Shown one piece after another: positions 18,641 to 29,012 of a DNA stretch of 64,000 bases; position 1 is the first letter of the stretch, and every line of letters begins with the position of its first letter. Source of the stretch: Pseudobdellovibrionaceae bacterium (GTDB taxonomy: Bacteria > Bdellovibrionota > Bdellovibrionia > Bdellovibrionales > Bdellovibrionaceae). Where the stretch lies: the NCBI GenBank assembly GCA_039810425.1, contig JBDHWW010000005.1, positions 1 to 64,000 on the forward strand, in the 5' to 3' direction. Position numbers and translations under genes: made by a program. The notes under the pieces were generated by a model that ran no database searches, was not told the DNA's origin, and was given only the letters and a program-made list of their open reading frames with translations.

Positions 18641-18934
18641 TTAGGCCTTCTTTTTTGGGCCTTTGTTGATGTCTTCTTTGAGTTCTTTGCCAACTTTGAA
18701 GAAAGGTAGTTTCTTTTCTTCAACATTGATCACTTCACCCGTGCGCGGATTACGACCTTTATAAGCATCGTACTGACGGTTCACGAAGGAACCAAAACCG
18801 CGAATTTCAATACGATCATCGCGCATCAGAGCTTCGACCATGGAGTCAAAAATAGTATTTACGACAGTCTCTGCTTTAACGCGAGTGATGCCTGCTTTTT
18901 CAGCAATAAGATTGATTAAATCCGCTTTTGTCAT
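18641..18934 (-). CDS. ihfB: HU/IHF-family protein, IHF beta-like
   Basis: MTKADLI, RIEIRGFGSF, GRNPRTGE, PFFKVGKELKE; start set at ATG 18934. Confidence 0.8.
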   Translation of the reverse strand: MTKADLINLIAEKAGITRVKAETVVNTIFDSMVEALMRDDRIEIRGFGSFVNRQYDAYKGRNPRTGEVINVEEKKLPFFKVGKELKEDINKGPKKKA

Positions 18935-19011
18935 GGACTCAATTATACAGATCAAAGGGGTTCTGACCAGTGAAAAACCCTTATGGCCCAACGCGCGAAG
19001 ACCTGATTTAG

Positions 19012-20262
19012 TTAGTACAAACCAGTATTTAAGAGGATCTTTCGATAGGCATCGAGAATGGAACGGATCATTTTCTGGGTATCAAAGAGATCAATGACCT
19101 TTTGACGGGCTTTATCGCCAATTTCTTCAGTAGGCATGGTGCCAGAGAAGATTTCAATTAATAAACTCGCGAGGGACTCAATATCGGCTGGGCGGAGAAG
19201 GAATCCGTCCACTCCGTCCTCAACCACGTTGGCAATCGGACTGACTTCGGAGCCGATAATGACCTTTTTTTGAGCCATGGCCTCTATGAGACTGGCTTCA
19301 AAACCAGTGGAGCGGGAGCTCATGTCGACATAAACGTCGGCCATCAAAATGAACTCGATCAGGTCCCGGGAACTCAGGGCCCCTGGCAGGATCACGCGGT
19401 TTCCCAGCGCCAAGGTCAGCATTTCGAATTCGACCTGTTTGAAGTAGGGTCCATTGCCGACAATAATCAGATAAGCATTCGGTTTTTTGACCGCGACTTT
19501 TTCAAACGAACGAAGCAGATTTTGCAGCTCGCGGATCTCGGTCATGTCTGAAATCGTCACAACCACATGGGCATTCGAGGACAGGTTCCATTTTTTACGG
19601 TACTCGACGGATTCCTCCTTCGGCGTAAGGTCTCCGAGTTCCATACCGTAAGGCACAGTATAGATATGAAAATCCGGGTAAAGATAGTAGCGCTCCAGGA
19701 TGATCCGTTGCTGGGGGTTGTTCACGAAAACACCGTCAGCGGTTTTCAGAAGTTTGCGGTCTGTCCCGAAGTAAGTCGTCAGGAACTTATAGGTCACAGC
19801 CACCGCTGTCGTAATCAAGCTGCCGAGAGTTTCCTGGCTCATACCTAAAATAGAAAACAGCTGGGACATTTGTGTCGCCTCGGCATCGTACGCAACGGCG
19901 ACCTTAAACTCCTCTTTCCTGCGGGCAATACGGCGGCCGGAGTTGTCGAGGCTGTGGAGCACGTGAAATGGCTCGTTCTTATGCAGTTCAATGAATTTCT
20001 GTAAGGCCGCCTCTTCGAATTTGAGATTTCTTAAGTTACTGCCGCTTTCTTGCAAATAGAACGTGCGAACACCATCGCGATTAATTTCGGCTTTTCCAAT
20101 CGGGCTCTTGGTGGAGATCACCGTGACCTTGTGGCCTTGCTTCGCCAACCCGCGGGCGATGGGCCAAAGAAAGCCGGCATCCGTCGAGCGGCTGAGAATC
20201 TGAAAGCGATTGCTTACCAAACAGATGTTCAAAGATTCCGGAAGGGTGTTCTTTTTCTTCAC
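19012..20262 (-). CDS. Glycosyltransferase family 4
   Basis: LAKQGHKVTVI, IVGNGP, SLIEAMA, VEDGVDGFL. Confidence 0.88.
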   Translation of the reverse strand: MKKKNTLPESLNICLVSNRFQILSRSTDAGFLWPIARGLAKQGHKVTVISTKSPIGKAEINRDGVRTFYLQESGSNLRNLKFEEAALQKFIELHKNEPFHVLHSLDNSGRRIARRKEEFKVAVAYDAEATQMSQLFSILGMSQETLGSLITTAVAVTYKFLTTYFGTDRKLLKTADGVFVNNPQQRIILERYYLYPDFHIYTVPYGMELGDLTPKEESVEYRKKWNLSSNAHVVVTISDMTEIRELQNLLRSFEKVAVKKPNAYLIIVGNGPYFKQVEFEMLTLALGNRVILPGALSSRDLIEFILMADVYVDMSSRSTGFEASLIEAMAQKKVIIGSEVSPIANVVEDGVDGFLLRPADIESLASLLIEIFSGTMPTEEIGDKARQKVIDLFDTQKMIRSILDAYRKILLNTGLY

Positions 20263-20266
20263 TCAG

Positions 20267-21400
20267 TTATTTTAACTGACTCAAAGCTCGGGTGTAAAGG
20301 CGATTGAGTTCGTTCAGTGGCGTATCCGTCAAATGACGGTCCTCACTCAATTTGGCCTTTAGACTTTCTGGCGGGCGAAAGTTTTCTTTGGTCAGGAACG
20401 TGCCGAATTCGCGATCCAGGGACTCGTGATTGAGAATCCAGCAATTGATATTTTTCTGCCATAGATGGGCGTGAACACTGGCCTGTTTTGAGTCCAGTGC
20501 CAAAGGCGTGTTGCATTGAATAGCCTTGAAGTAAAACTGCGAGATTGCCTGAGGGCTTAGCTTAATTCCAGCTAAGATCAGGCATTGTGTGTTCTGCAAA
20601 AGCTCGTGCTCCAGTGGATGAGGCAAGGCCCCCGAGAACATCCAGCGATCCGCGAGACCCAGGGACTCCATCCATGTTTCAAATTGCTTGCGGCTCCGGA
20701 CAGGCCAGTCTTGATTCGAGCCCCAGAGGACGACGAAGTGAGTTTCGGCAATGCGGGCCAAGCGGCGAAAAAACACGTCCGTCGCAGAAAAGTTTTTTTC
20801 GAAGCACGGAATGACGAAGTAAGGCTCGTCTTTCAGTTGCTGAGACAGGCTTTCGTCGATAATGATTTTAGATTCAGGCTCTTCGTAATAAGGCTGCTCC
20901 AGCAACGTGCTTTCATAAAGATCCAAGGCCGGAGGCAAGATCCCACGCCCTTGTTTTTTTGAGCGCACACTCATTCCGCGCAGCCTCGCAAGCGAATCCA
21001 CGGACGGGCAAGTGACAATATCGCTCTCTTGAAGAAGCAAACGAGTCGGGCTGCCGGCCCGAAGCCGTCGTTCAAAGTGCAAAAGTGACGTCGTCAAAAC
21101 TATCAAAGGATGTGATTTCGCATAACTCGCCAAAACCGCATGCGCTGAAGTGAGGCCGCCCTGATCCAGAATGATGTGTAAGACTTGAGGCTCGTAGGAG
21201 AAAATCACCGGCAAGATACGAAGCGCTTCCAGAAATGACCATTTTTTGAAGTAGGCCATGAAGCGAATGCCATTGGTGTTTGCGGCTTCTTCGCCCTGGC
21301 TGGTGAGAAAGGTCACTTCATGCTGCTGGGCCTTTAGTGACAGGGCCAGCGGCCAAGAAGTGGAGTTTACTTTCTCGGTGACTAAAATTATTTTCGCCAT
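20267..21400 (-). CDS. Hypothetical protein, possibly a degenerate GT-B glycosyltransferase
   Basis: LALSLKAQQHEVTFLT and SDIVTCPS resemble GT4 N-terminal motifs; no clear C-terminal E-x7-E. Confidence 0.6.
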   Translation of the reverse strand: MAKIILVTEKVNSTSWPLALSLKAQQHEVTFLTSQGEEAANTNGIRFMAYFKKWSFLEALRILPVIFSYEPQVLHIILDQGGLTSAHAVLASYAKSHPLIVLTTSLLHFERRLRAGSPTRLLLQESDIVTCPSVDSLARLRGMSVRSKKQGRGILPPALDLYESTLLEQPYYEEPESKIIIDESLSQQLKDEPYFVIPCFEKNFSATDVFFRRLARIAETHFVVLWGSNQDWPVRSRKQFETWMESLGLADRWMFSGALPHPLEHELLQNTQCLILAGIKLSPQAISQFYFKAIQCNTPLALDSKQASVHAHLWQKNINCWILNHESLDREFGTFLTKENFRPPESLKAKLSEDRHLTDTPLNELNRLYTRALSQLK

Positions 21401-21840
21401 TCCAGGCCCAGTGCTTTATAGATTCGATCTAAAATTTTGCGGTTGGCTTCAGGGATATTGCGGTGTTTAAGCTCTTCCGGGTGGATCCACTCCAGCATCA
21501 TATGATGTTGTGCTTTGGGTTGCCCTTTCCAGAAGAGGATTTCGTAAAAAAGAATCAAAATGCCGACATCGCCATACGAGTGTGTACACGCCAGTTTGAG
21601 ATCGCCGACTTCCGCGTCAATACCGAGCTCTTCTTGAAGCTCGCGTACAAGGGCCTGCTCTGGTGTTTCACCCGGCTCGATTTTGCCACCGGGGAATTCC
21701 CATTGGCCCGGCAAAGAGTTGTTCTCGGGTCGTTGGCCAACCAGGATCTTGCCGTCTTTCTTCAGAAAGCCGGCAACCACAGGGATCCAATGGCCCTTGC
21801 GGCTCTTTACTTTGCGTGTTTTTTCATCACCCTCTGCCAT
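21388..21840 (-). CDS. mutT: MutT-like Nudix hydrolase
   Basis: WEFPGGKIEPGETPEQALVRELQEELG Nudix box. Confidence 0.88.
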   Translation of the reverse strand: MAEGDEKTRKVKSRKGHWIPVVAGFLKKDGKILVGQRPENNSLPGQWEFPGGKIEPGETPEQALVRELQEELGIDAEVGDLKLACTHSYGDVGILILFYEILFWKGQPKAQHHMMLEWIHPEELKHRNIPEANRKILDRIYKALGLEWRK

Positions 21841-21845
21841 TCCTC

Positions 21846-22829
21846 TTACCTACCAGAATATTTTGCTGCCACATCGCGGAAAAAACCAGGTCCCTCAAAA
21901 ATGAGGGCAGAGTAAATTTCAACAAGATCTGCGCCCATTTGCAACCTTTCAAAGACATCTTCTGGAGTCATGACCCCTCCAGCGCTAATAATAAGCTTTC
22001 CAGGGCGATGCTTCCCAAGAATTTGTAAGCTTTTTTGCAGAATTTGGCAGGCAAGGGGCTTTAAAGGGGCTCCTGAAAGGCCGCCCTCAGAGGGGAAATG
22101 GAGGCCTTGGGGCCGGGACAATGTGGTATTCGTCAGTACAAAACCATCGATGCCGAGGTCAATAGCGACGTTCAACGCTTCAGAGAGGCTTTCATCATTG
22201 AGGTCCGGGCTGAGCTTTAAAAGAATCGGTTTCGTTGGAGCCGAGTGCGAAGCCTCAACCAGGGGTTGCAAAAGCTTTGTGAGCGCTTCTTTGTTTTGCA
22301 AATCACGAAGGCCTTTGGTGTTCGGACTGCTGATGTTCACGACAAAGCCATCGGCCTGCGGTTTGAAGTATTGAATCAGATAGAGATAGTCTTTGCTGGC
22401 CTCTTCATTCGCAGTATCGCGGTTTTTGCCGATGTTCACAAAGACCGGAGTTTTTTTCTCTTCGTAGTCACGGAGGTTATAGAAAACTTCTTTGGCGCCA
22501 AAGCTCGGAAAGCCCATTTTATTCCAGACAGCTTGGTGCCCTAGCTCGCGATCCATGATCTTTCCGGGGTTGGCCGACTGAGGCCGCGGAGTCACCGTGC
22601 CGACTTCGACGAAGCCCGCTCCAAGCGTCCACCAGTCATCGAGGCTTTCGGCATTCTTATCGACGCCACCCGCGAGACCCAGAGGATTCTTAAAGTGAAG
22701 ACCATTCCAGGTGAGGGATTTCCATTCAGGAGTGGGAGCAGAATTGAAGAGGGAGAAGATCTTTAAACCAAAAGGGCCCAGATCATGGGCCCATTGTGGT
22801 GGTAGTAATAACCAAGGCTTTTTAATCAT
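21846..22829 (-). CDS. pyrD: Dihydroorotate dehydrogenase (quinone)
   Basis: NPLGLAGGVDKNA, EVGTVTP, NISSPNTKGLRDLQ, KLSPDL, GGLSGAPL; start set at ATG 22829. Confidence 0.95.
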   Translation of the reverse strand: MIKKPWLLLPPQWAHDLGPFGLKIFSLFNSAPTPEWKSLTWNGLHFKNPLGLAGGVDKNAESLDDWWTLGAGFVEVGTVTPRPQSANPGKIMDRELGHQAVWNKMGFPSFGAKEVFYNLRDYEEKKTPVFVNIGKNRDTANEEASKDYLYLIQYFKPQADGFVVNISSPNTKGLRDLQNKEALTKLLQPLVEASHSAPTKPILLKLSPDLNDESLSEALNVAIDLGIDGFVLTNTTLSRPQGLHFPSEGGLSGAPLKPLACQILQKSLQILGKHRPGKLIISAGGVMTPEDVFERLQMGADLVEIYSALIFEGPGFFRDVAAKYSGR

Positions 22830-22839
22830 GCCCCACAGT

Positions 22840-24117
22840 TTAGCGTGGGTAAAGACCTCTGAGCAACATAGCTTTTTCAAGACGTTGTACAGAAACGGCC
22901 ATCGCCGCAGAACGCATATCTACGTTCTTTTCTTGGTGGAACTTGAAGCCCACGTCAAAGGCGCGGTGAATGATTGTTTTCAAGCGGTTGTTCACCTCTT
23001 CTTCGTCCCAGAACAAAGACATGATGTCCTGAACCCATTCGAAGTAAGAAACGATCACGCCGCCCCCGTTGGCGATAACATCCGGAGCGATGAAACAGCC
23101 TTTTTTGTGAAGAACTTTTGTCGCATTCACAGAAATAGGACCGTTCGCGCCCTCAACGATGATTTTTGCCTTTACGTTTTCAACGTTGTGCATGTCGATC
23201 TGGCCTTCAAGAGCACAAGGGAACAAAGCATCTACTTTCAAAGTGAGAAGCTCTTCGTTTGTCAAAGCTTGGGCCTTTGGGTAGCCCTTTAAAACTTTAT
23301 TTGTTTTGATGAACTCAAGAATTTCAGGAATGTTCAAGCCATCGCCGTTGAAGATCGCGCCGCTGACATCACTGATAGCAACGATTTTAGCGCCACGCTG
23401 GTGGGAAAACAAAGCGGCGAAAGAACCTACGTTGCCGAAACCTTGGATCGCGATGGTAGAGCCAGCCATTTTCAGGCCGACTTTTTCGAAAGCTTTTTCA
23501 GCAGTGTAAACCACTCCCAAGCCTGTCGCATGGTTACGGCCGAGTGAACCGCCGATCTCCACGGGTTTACCAGTGACAACGCCGGGTTGTGCATAGCCGC
23601 CTTGCTCTTGCGAATAAGTGTCCATGAACCATGCCATTGTTTGTGGATCAGTGCCCACGTCAGGGGCTGGAATGTCTTTTGTCGGGCCGACAAACGCTGA
23701 AATCTCAGAAGCATAACGGCGAGTGAGATTTTGTTTTTCGGTGCGGGATAAAGTGTTTGGATCCACGCAAACGCCACCCTTAGCGCCGCCGAGAGGCAGA
23801 CCCAGAACAGAGTTTTTGAAAGTCATCAAAGAGGCAAGACCCACAACTTCCGGAAGGTCTACGTTTTGATGGTAACGAATGCCTCCCTTGTAAGGGCCAA
23901 GAGTCGCATTGTACTGAACGCGGAAACCCGTGAAAACTTTCACGGAGTAGTCGTCCATGCGAACCGGGATACTAACAGTCACGCAACGGCGTGGTTTTTT
24001 TAAACGTTCTAAAACATTCGGGTCACAGTTAATAAGTTTCGCGGCTTCTTCGACAGTTTGAAGTGCGTTCTTGAACAAAGGACCATCTAAATGAGCTTCT
24101 GATTTGTGAAATTCCAT
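22840..24117 (-). CDS. gdhA: Glu/Leu/Phe/Val dehydrogenase (glutamate dehydrogenase)
   Basis: GPYKGGIRY, GGAKGG, DIPAPDVGT, QGFGNVG, EGANGP, VSYFEWVQ; start set at ATG 24117. Confidence 0.92.
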   Translation of the reverse strand: MEFHKSEAHLDGPLFKNALQTVEEAAKLINCDPNVLERLKKPRRCVTVSIPVRMDDYSVKVFTGFRVQYNATLGPYKGGIRYHQNVDLPEVVGLASLMTFKNSVLGLPLGGAKGGVCVDPNTLSRTEKQNLTRRYASEISAFVGPTKDIPAPDVGTDPQTMAWFMDTYSQEQGGYAQPGVVTGKPVEIGGSLGRNHATGLGVVYTAEKAFEKVGLKMAGSTIAIQGFGNVGSFAALFSHQRGAKIVAISDVSGAIFNGDGLNIPEILEFIKTNKVLKGYPKAQALTNEELLTLKVDALFPCALEGQIDMHNVENVKAKIIVEGANGPISVNATKVLHKKGCFIAPDVIANGGGVIVSYFEWVQDIMSLFWDEEEVNNRLKTIIHRAFDVGFKFHQEKNVDMRSAAMAVSVQRLEKAMLLRGLYPR

Positions 24118-24248
24118 TCTGCATAACTCCTTAAAATCACACGGAGTCATCCTAATGGTGTAAAAACTCAGAGTCCATCGGTAAAACGGTTTGACTCAGT
24201 GGTTCTAGAGGGTTCTATGCAAAGGTCGGGACGCCTAAACCCAGGGCG

Positions 24249-25094
24249 TTAGGCGTTTCTCTCTTGCCAAAGTTGAACGTGTTTTTGGAAGAAGGGTGAG
24301 TTTTGAGCCAGTGCCTGCATGTACTCCAAAGTGTCTTCTTGTGCCTCCGGCGGAAGTTTGAAAAACGGTTGGATATGCTCATCAGGAACATAACGGAAAG
24401 TGAAGTTGATTCTGCGGGTTTCAAACTCTGTGACATTGAGTTTGAACACATCATTGCTTTTCTTTTCCACTCGTTGGACGCGGTGGAATAACTGTTTCTT
24501 AAATTTGTCGCCACCGAAAATCTGTAAGGAACTGTCCTCGAGCCATTGTTGTAAAACGACGTTGCTCTGAGACTGGGTTCCATGACTTTTCACGAATTGG
24601 AACAGAGCTTTTTCGCCAAATGAAACTGAGGCAACGGGGCCTGGCTCGAAGTCTTTGTGCTCACCCACGCGGGCGCAATCAATGTATTTTCCATCGTTGA
24701 TTTGATCGCCGTAAAAATTAATCAAGCAGGTGTTGAGGTGCCAGCCCCGCGGAACGTCTTTGGGGTCAAACTCAAGTTTTACCATGGCTTCAATGTTGTG
24801 GACGAGATTGGCGAGAACCGGCGGATAGGGTTCAGCTGAAACGCAACGGTGGTACAAACCCTTTGGTGGATGGTAATAGTTCAGGCAGGCAAATTGCCAG
24901 TTCCCCAGCCAGTATACCGGACGCAGCAAACGGCGTTGCTGTTGATCTCCAGGGGGCGGGTTGTGTTTGGAATAGCGCATTTCCCAGAGAGGGTGCAAAG
25001 TTGCCAAATAAGCCAAAATTTCTAAACGTTCGGCTTTCGAAATATAGCCCGGCTTATAGATCAGGTTTTGGAATTGGCTCATAGTTTCGCGCAT
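24249..25094 (-). CDS. AlkB-like 2OG-Fe(II) dioxygenase
   Basis: CLINFY, HKD (HxD), ASVSFG, FHRV, RINFTFR. Confidence 0.82.
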   Translation of the reverse strand: MRETMSQFQNLIYKPGYISKAERLEILAYLATLHPLWEMRYSKHNPPPGDQQQRRLLRPVYWLGNWQFACLNYYHPPKGLYHRCVSAEPYPPVLANLVHNIEAMVKLEFDPKDVPRGWHLNTCLINFYGDQINDGKYIDCARVGEHKDFEPGPVASVSFGEKALFQFVKSHGTQSQSNVVLQQWLEDSSLQIFGGDKFKKQLFHRVQRVEKKSNDVFKLNVTEFETRRINFTFRYVPDEHIQPFFKLPPEAQEDTLEYMQALAQNSPFFQKHVQLWQERNA

Positions 25095-25185
25095 GAACCT
25101 CTTTTAACACATTGCCGTAGTAAAAAGTATGGCCTACCTTTAAGAAAGTGGTTACAAACTGAAATTTCTACAAGGGAGCCCGTTC

Positions 25186-26199
25186 GTGAATATCGGAACA
25201 GAACAGCGCCAGGATCTTATTCAAACTCTCAATGCTTTTAAGGGCAAAAAAGTCCTTATCATCGGAGATGTCGGCTTGGATGAGTACGTGATGGGCGACG
25301 TTCGCCGCATTAGCCCCGAGGCTCCGGTTCCCGTTTTGGCAGTGACTGAAGAAGACAAGCGTTTGGGTTTGGCGGCCAATGTTGCGCAAAACGTTGCAAG
25401 CCTTGGCGGGATTCCAATGATGGTCGGCGTGGTCGGCCGTGACGTGGGCGCGGCAACATTGCAGGAGATCTGTCGCAAAGCTCATGTTTCTTGGGACTAT
25501 ATGGTTCACTCTGAGCGCCGTCCAACCACTCGCAAAATGCGTATCATGACGGGACCTCACCATATCGTGCGCGTGGACTATGAGATGGTGAAGTACCTTT
25601 CGCCTGAAACCGAAGCAAAAGTCGTCCACAGAATCAATGAAGTGATCGGGGAAGCCGATGTTGTGGTCCTGCAAGATTACAATAAGGGCGTTGTTTCACA
25701 GCAACTTGTGAGGCAGGTTGCCGAAATTTGCAAAAAACACGGGAAGAAACTTTTGGTCGACCCCACTCGCGCGAATCCTGCTGAGTTCTATTATGGCGTG
25801 GACCTTGTGAAACCCAATTATGAAGAGTCCTTAGCGCTTTCGGGCCTTAAATTCGACGACCTTCGCGAGAATCCCAATAAGATCCTTGAAGTGGGCCGGG
25901 CGATTCAAAAGAAAACCGCGGCCACGGAAGTGGTTTTGACCCGCGGTAAAGAGGGCATGACGATCTTCTCGGGCGATAAAGTGGATCAGGTACCAACTTT
26001 TGCCCGAAAAGTCTTCGATGTCACGGGGGCTGGTGACACTGTGATCGCGGCGATCGCATTGGGGGTGGCTGCCAAATTGCCACTGGTGAAGTCTTGCACC
26101 ATCGCAAATTTCGCCGCGGGTGTGGTTGTCGGGAAGGTCGGCTGCGTTCCGTGTGAACTTCCCGAGCTCAAAGAGTATATTCAGACAGTTCATTCTTAA
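25186..26199 (+). CDS. rfaE1: D-glycero-beta-D-manno-heptose-7-phosphate kinase (stand-alone RfaE domain I)
   Basis: IGDVGLDEY, RISPEAPVPV, QDYNKG, VFDVTGAGDTV. Confidence 0.92.
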   Translation: MNIGTEQRQDLIQTLNAFKGKKVLIIGDVGLDEYVMGDVRRISPEAPVPVLAVTEEDKRLGLAANVAQNVASLGGIPMMVGVVGRDVGAATLQEICRKAHVSWDYMVHSERRPTTRKMRIMTGPHHIVRVDYEMVKYLSPETEAKVVHRINEVIGEADVVVLQDYNKGVVSQQLVRQVAEICKKHGKKLLVDPTRANPAEFYYGVDLVKPNYEESLALSGLKFDDLRENPNKILEVGRAIQKKTAATEVVLTRGKEGMTIFSGDKVDQVPTFARKVFDVTGAGDTVIAAIALGVAAKLPLVKSCTIANFAAGVVVGKVGCVPCELPELKEYIQTVHS

Positions 26200-26250
26200 A
26201 AAATTAACCTGTCCCTTAATTCCACGCGTCTTCGCTCGTAGGAGGATCGC

Positions 26251-26586
26251 GTGGATTTAGAACGTTTGCAGTATCGCGGCTTCAAACCTCGCCAAGAGGT
26301 CACTGATCAAGCCGAAAAGGTCTCACAAAAAATATTGGATGAATCGCCGGTGGCGGGGAGCGCCCGGATCGTCATTGCCGACGAGGGCGAACAGTTTCAT
26401 GTCTCGGTGGTCGGGGCCACTTTCGATAAAAAACTTTTCAGCTCGGAATCCGCTTTTCGTAAGCAGCACATTCGTGGCTGGCCGCGGGAGTGGCAGCTCG
26501 GCGCGCTTGCGCAGGTCCTTGGGGATTTTGTCAGGCAGCTCAGAAATACCTTCCGTGATAACGACAATCAAAACAACGACACCTAG
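26251..26586 (+). CDS. Hypothetical protein, possibly HPF/RaiA-like fold
   Basis: AGGAGG RBS and GTG start; strand-helix-3 strands-helix pattern. Confidence 0.6.
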   Translation: MDLERLQYRGFKPRQEVTDQAEKVSQKILDESPVAGSARIVIADEGEQFHVSVVGATFDKKLFSSESAFRKQHIRGWPREWQLGALAQVLGDFVRQLRNTFRDNDNQNNDT

Positions 26587-26802
26587 CAGTTTTTATAACA
26601 ATAGTAATTTCAATATATTAAAGTAGCATTGAGGAGCCTCTAGACCCCCTGTTTATCTGTGAAAAAAAGGCAGACAGGGGGTTTTCCGCGTCCAAATGCT
26701 GGCCTTTATCCATAACTTGCTGTAAGTTCTTGCCTCTTTGAAAAAACGACTTCAAACAAACCTTTTGAAAATGCTGTCGCAAGCAAGAAGGACCACCCAG
26801 TT

Positions 26803-27975
26803 ATGTTCAATGCCTACGAAAACGACTCGTCCGCCTCTGAGCCCAAGTTTCTTGAAACAACCACTCCCAAGGGCAAAGTAAACTTTTACTCTATGACGTT
26901 GGAAGACCTAAAGGGCTTCTTAAAAGGCCTCGGAAAAGAGCAGTTCCGCGCGCAGCAAATCTTTAAATGGGTCTATGAGCAGCGAGTGACGGACGTTGAG
27001 CAGATGAGCAATCTCTCAAAAGCCTTCCGTTCCGAATTGCCGGATATTTTAAGCTTCGACTTGCCACCGGTTTTGAAACATCTCAAATCGGTCGATGGCA
27101 CTCAGAAATTTCTCTTCGACATGAAAGAGGGCAATAGCGTTGAAGCGGTGTTGATCCCTTCCGATGACCGTTTGACTCTTTGTATTTCTTCCGAAGTGGG
27201 CTGCAACATGGCTTGCCGGTTCTGTTTCACGGGCAAGCAAAAACTCAAGCGCCGTTTGACGACAGAAGAAATCGTTGGCCAGTTCATGCAAGTTCATGAC
27301 CGTTTGGCGGAAGGCCAGCGTATTTCTAATATCGTGTTCATGGGGATGGGTGAGCCTCTTGACAATCCAGAGGCCGTTTTCAAGTCGATCGAAGTGTTGA
27401 CGAATCCTTGGGGCATGATGCTTTCACGCCGCAAAATCACGGTTTCGACTTCGGGCCTGGTTCCGCAAATTAAGTTGGTTTCAGACGCCCGCGTGCGGTT
27501 GGCGGTCAGCCTGAACGGTTCTAATGACGAGATCCGTTCTCGCGTGATGCCGATCAATAAGAAGTACAATATCAAAGAACTCCTCGATGCTTGCCGCGAG
27601 TACTGCAAGATCACGAAAGACAAAATTACTTTCGAGTACGTTTTGTTGAAAGGCGTGACAGACCAAATGGAGCATGCGAAGGAACTCGTGAAACTTTTGA
27701 AAGACGTTCCAAGCAAAATCAATATTATTCCGTTCAACGAACATCCGGGTTCAGGCTTTGAGCGTCCCGACGACGAGCAAATCCAGAAGTTCCACACGGA
27801 ATTGATCCGCCTGGGCGCGCATGTATTATTACGCAGAACGATGGGCCGCGATATCTACGCGGCCTGCGGGCAGTTGACGACCGTTAAAGACAGACCAGAA
27901 ACAATGGATATTTCTAACTCAAAAATTGGTGGCACAAATGAGCGACATTTTAGTGGTGGGCAGCCTAGCCTATGA
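26803..27975 (+). CDS. rlmN: Dual-specificity RNA methyltransferase RlmN
   Basis: CNMACRFC radical-SAM motif, VFMGMGEP, DIYAACGQL. Confidence 0.96.
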   Translation: MFNAYENDSSASEPKFLETTTPKGKVNFYSMTLEDLKGFLKGLGKEQFRAQQIFKWVYEQRVTDVEQMSNLSKAFRSELPDILSFDLPPVLKHLKSVDGTQKFLFDMKEGNSVEAVLIPSDDRLTLCISSEVGCNMACRFCFTGKQKLKRRLTTEEIVGQFMQVHDRLAEGQRISNIVFMGMGEPLDNPEAVFKSIEVLTNPWGMMLSRRKITVSTSGLVPQIKLVSDARVRLAVSLNGSNDEIRSRVMPINKKYNIKELLDACREYCKITKDKITFEYVLLKGVTDQMEHAKELVKLLKDVPSKINIIPFNEHPGSGFERPDDEQIQKFHTELIRLGAHVLLRRTMGRDIYAACGQLTTVKDRPETMDISNSKIGGTNERHFSGGQPSL

Positions 27976-28846
27976 TAGCATCGAAACCCCTTCGGGACGC
28001 GTGGCCCGCGCCCTGGGTGGTTCGGCGAATTACTTCTCTCTGGCGGCGAGCCTCTACGCGAAAGTGCGTGTTGTCGGTGTTGTCGGTGAAGACTACGAAG
28101 AAGCGGATTACAAGCTTTTGCAAGACCGTGGCGTGGATCTCGAAGGACTTGAAAAAGTTCCTGGCAAGACATTCCACTGGGAAGGTAAATACGAAGGCGA
28201 CATGAACGAAGCCAAGACGCTGAGAACTGAACTCAACGTGTTTGAGCACTTCAACCCAAAATTGCCTGAGAACTATAAGAACTCGAGCTTCGTATTCTTG
28301 GCCAACATCGTTCCGGCTTTGCAGCTGGAAGTTTTGAACCAAGTGAAAAACCCGCAATTCGTGGGCATGGACACAATGAATCTTTGGATCGATATCGCGA
28401 ATGCGGATCTTTTGAAGGTGCTCGCGAAAGTAGACGTGGTCTTGATCAACGAAAAAGAAGCGGAAATGCTGACGGGCGCGGGCAATGCGATTGAAGCCGC
28501 CCCGAAAATCGTGGACCTCGGCCCGAAAGCGGTGGTGATCAAGCGTGGTGAGTACGGTTTCATCATGTTCTCGAAAGAAGAAGGCTACTTTGTGTTGCCG
28601 GCTTTTCCTCTCCCGAAAGTCATTGACCCCACAGGTGCGGGCGATACTTTTGCCGGTGGTTTTTTCGGCTACTTGGCAAGCCGTCCAGGCAAGCCCACCG
28701 TGAAAGACATGAAACAAGCTTGCATCAACGGAAGCATCCTGGCGAGCCACACGATCCAAGACTTCAGCGTGAAAGCCCTGGCGGGGACAACATTAGCCGA
28801 TATCGAAAAACGTTTGGCGGAATATAGAAAAGTTATTTCGATCTAG
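27938..28846 (+). CDS. PfkB-family carbohydrate/nucleoside kinase
   Basis: VVGSLAYD, LGGSA, DPTGAGDTFAGG; ATG 27938 overlaps the end of rlmN by 38 bp. Confidence 0.9.
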   Translation: MSDILVVGSLAYDSIETPSGRVARALGGSANYFSLAASLYAKVRVVGVVGEDYEEADYKLLQDRGVDLEGLEKVPGKTFHWEGKYEGDMNEAKTLRTELNVFEHFNPKLPENYKNSSFVFLANIVPALQLEVLNQVKNPQFVGMDTMNLWIDIANADLLKVLAKVDVVLINEKEAEMLTGAGNAIEAAPKIVDLGPKAVVIKRGEYGFIMFSKEEGYFVLPAFPLPKVIDPTGAGDTFAGGFFGYLASRPGKPTVKDMKQACINGSILASHTIQDFSVKALAGTTLADIEKRLAEYRKVISI

Positions 28847-29012
28847 ATCTAACTGATGAAGTTTCACTCAAAATCCGTGATATCGACAAAGTGCGGGAAT
28901 AGGGGCCTCTTTACAGGACTCTGGAGGGTATGAGTTTTGCTCCTCAAAGAGGGGTCACGAAGCTCTTCGCGTGTATCACTTTGGGACAAACTTTGGGACA
29001 AGGAGACTTGTT

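Noticed and set aside
26644..26682. Imperfect hairpin ACCCCCTGT...ACAGGGGGT before rlmN
   Set aside because: Most simply the terminator of the upstream genes; nothing further supports an RNA element
27938..27975. 38-bp rlmN/pfkB overlap as a frameshift
   Set aside because: Both proteins have complete conserved cores; the overlap covers only a non-conserved RlmN tail
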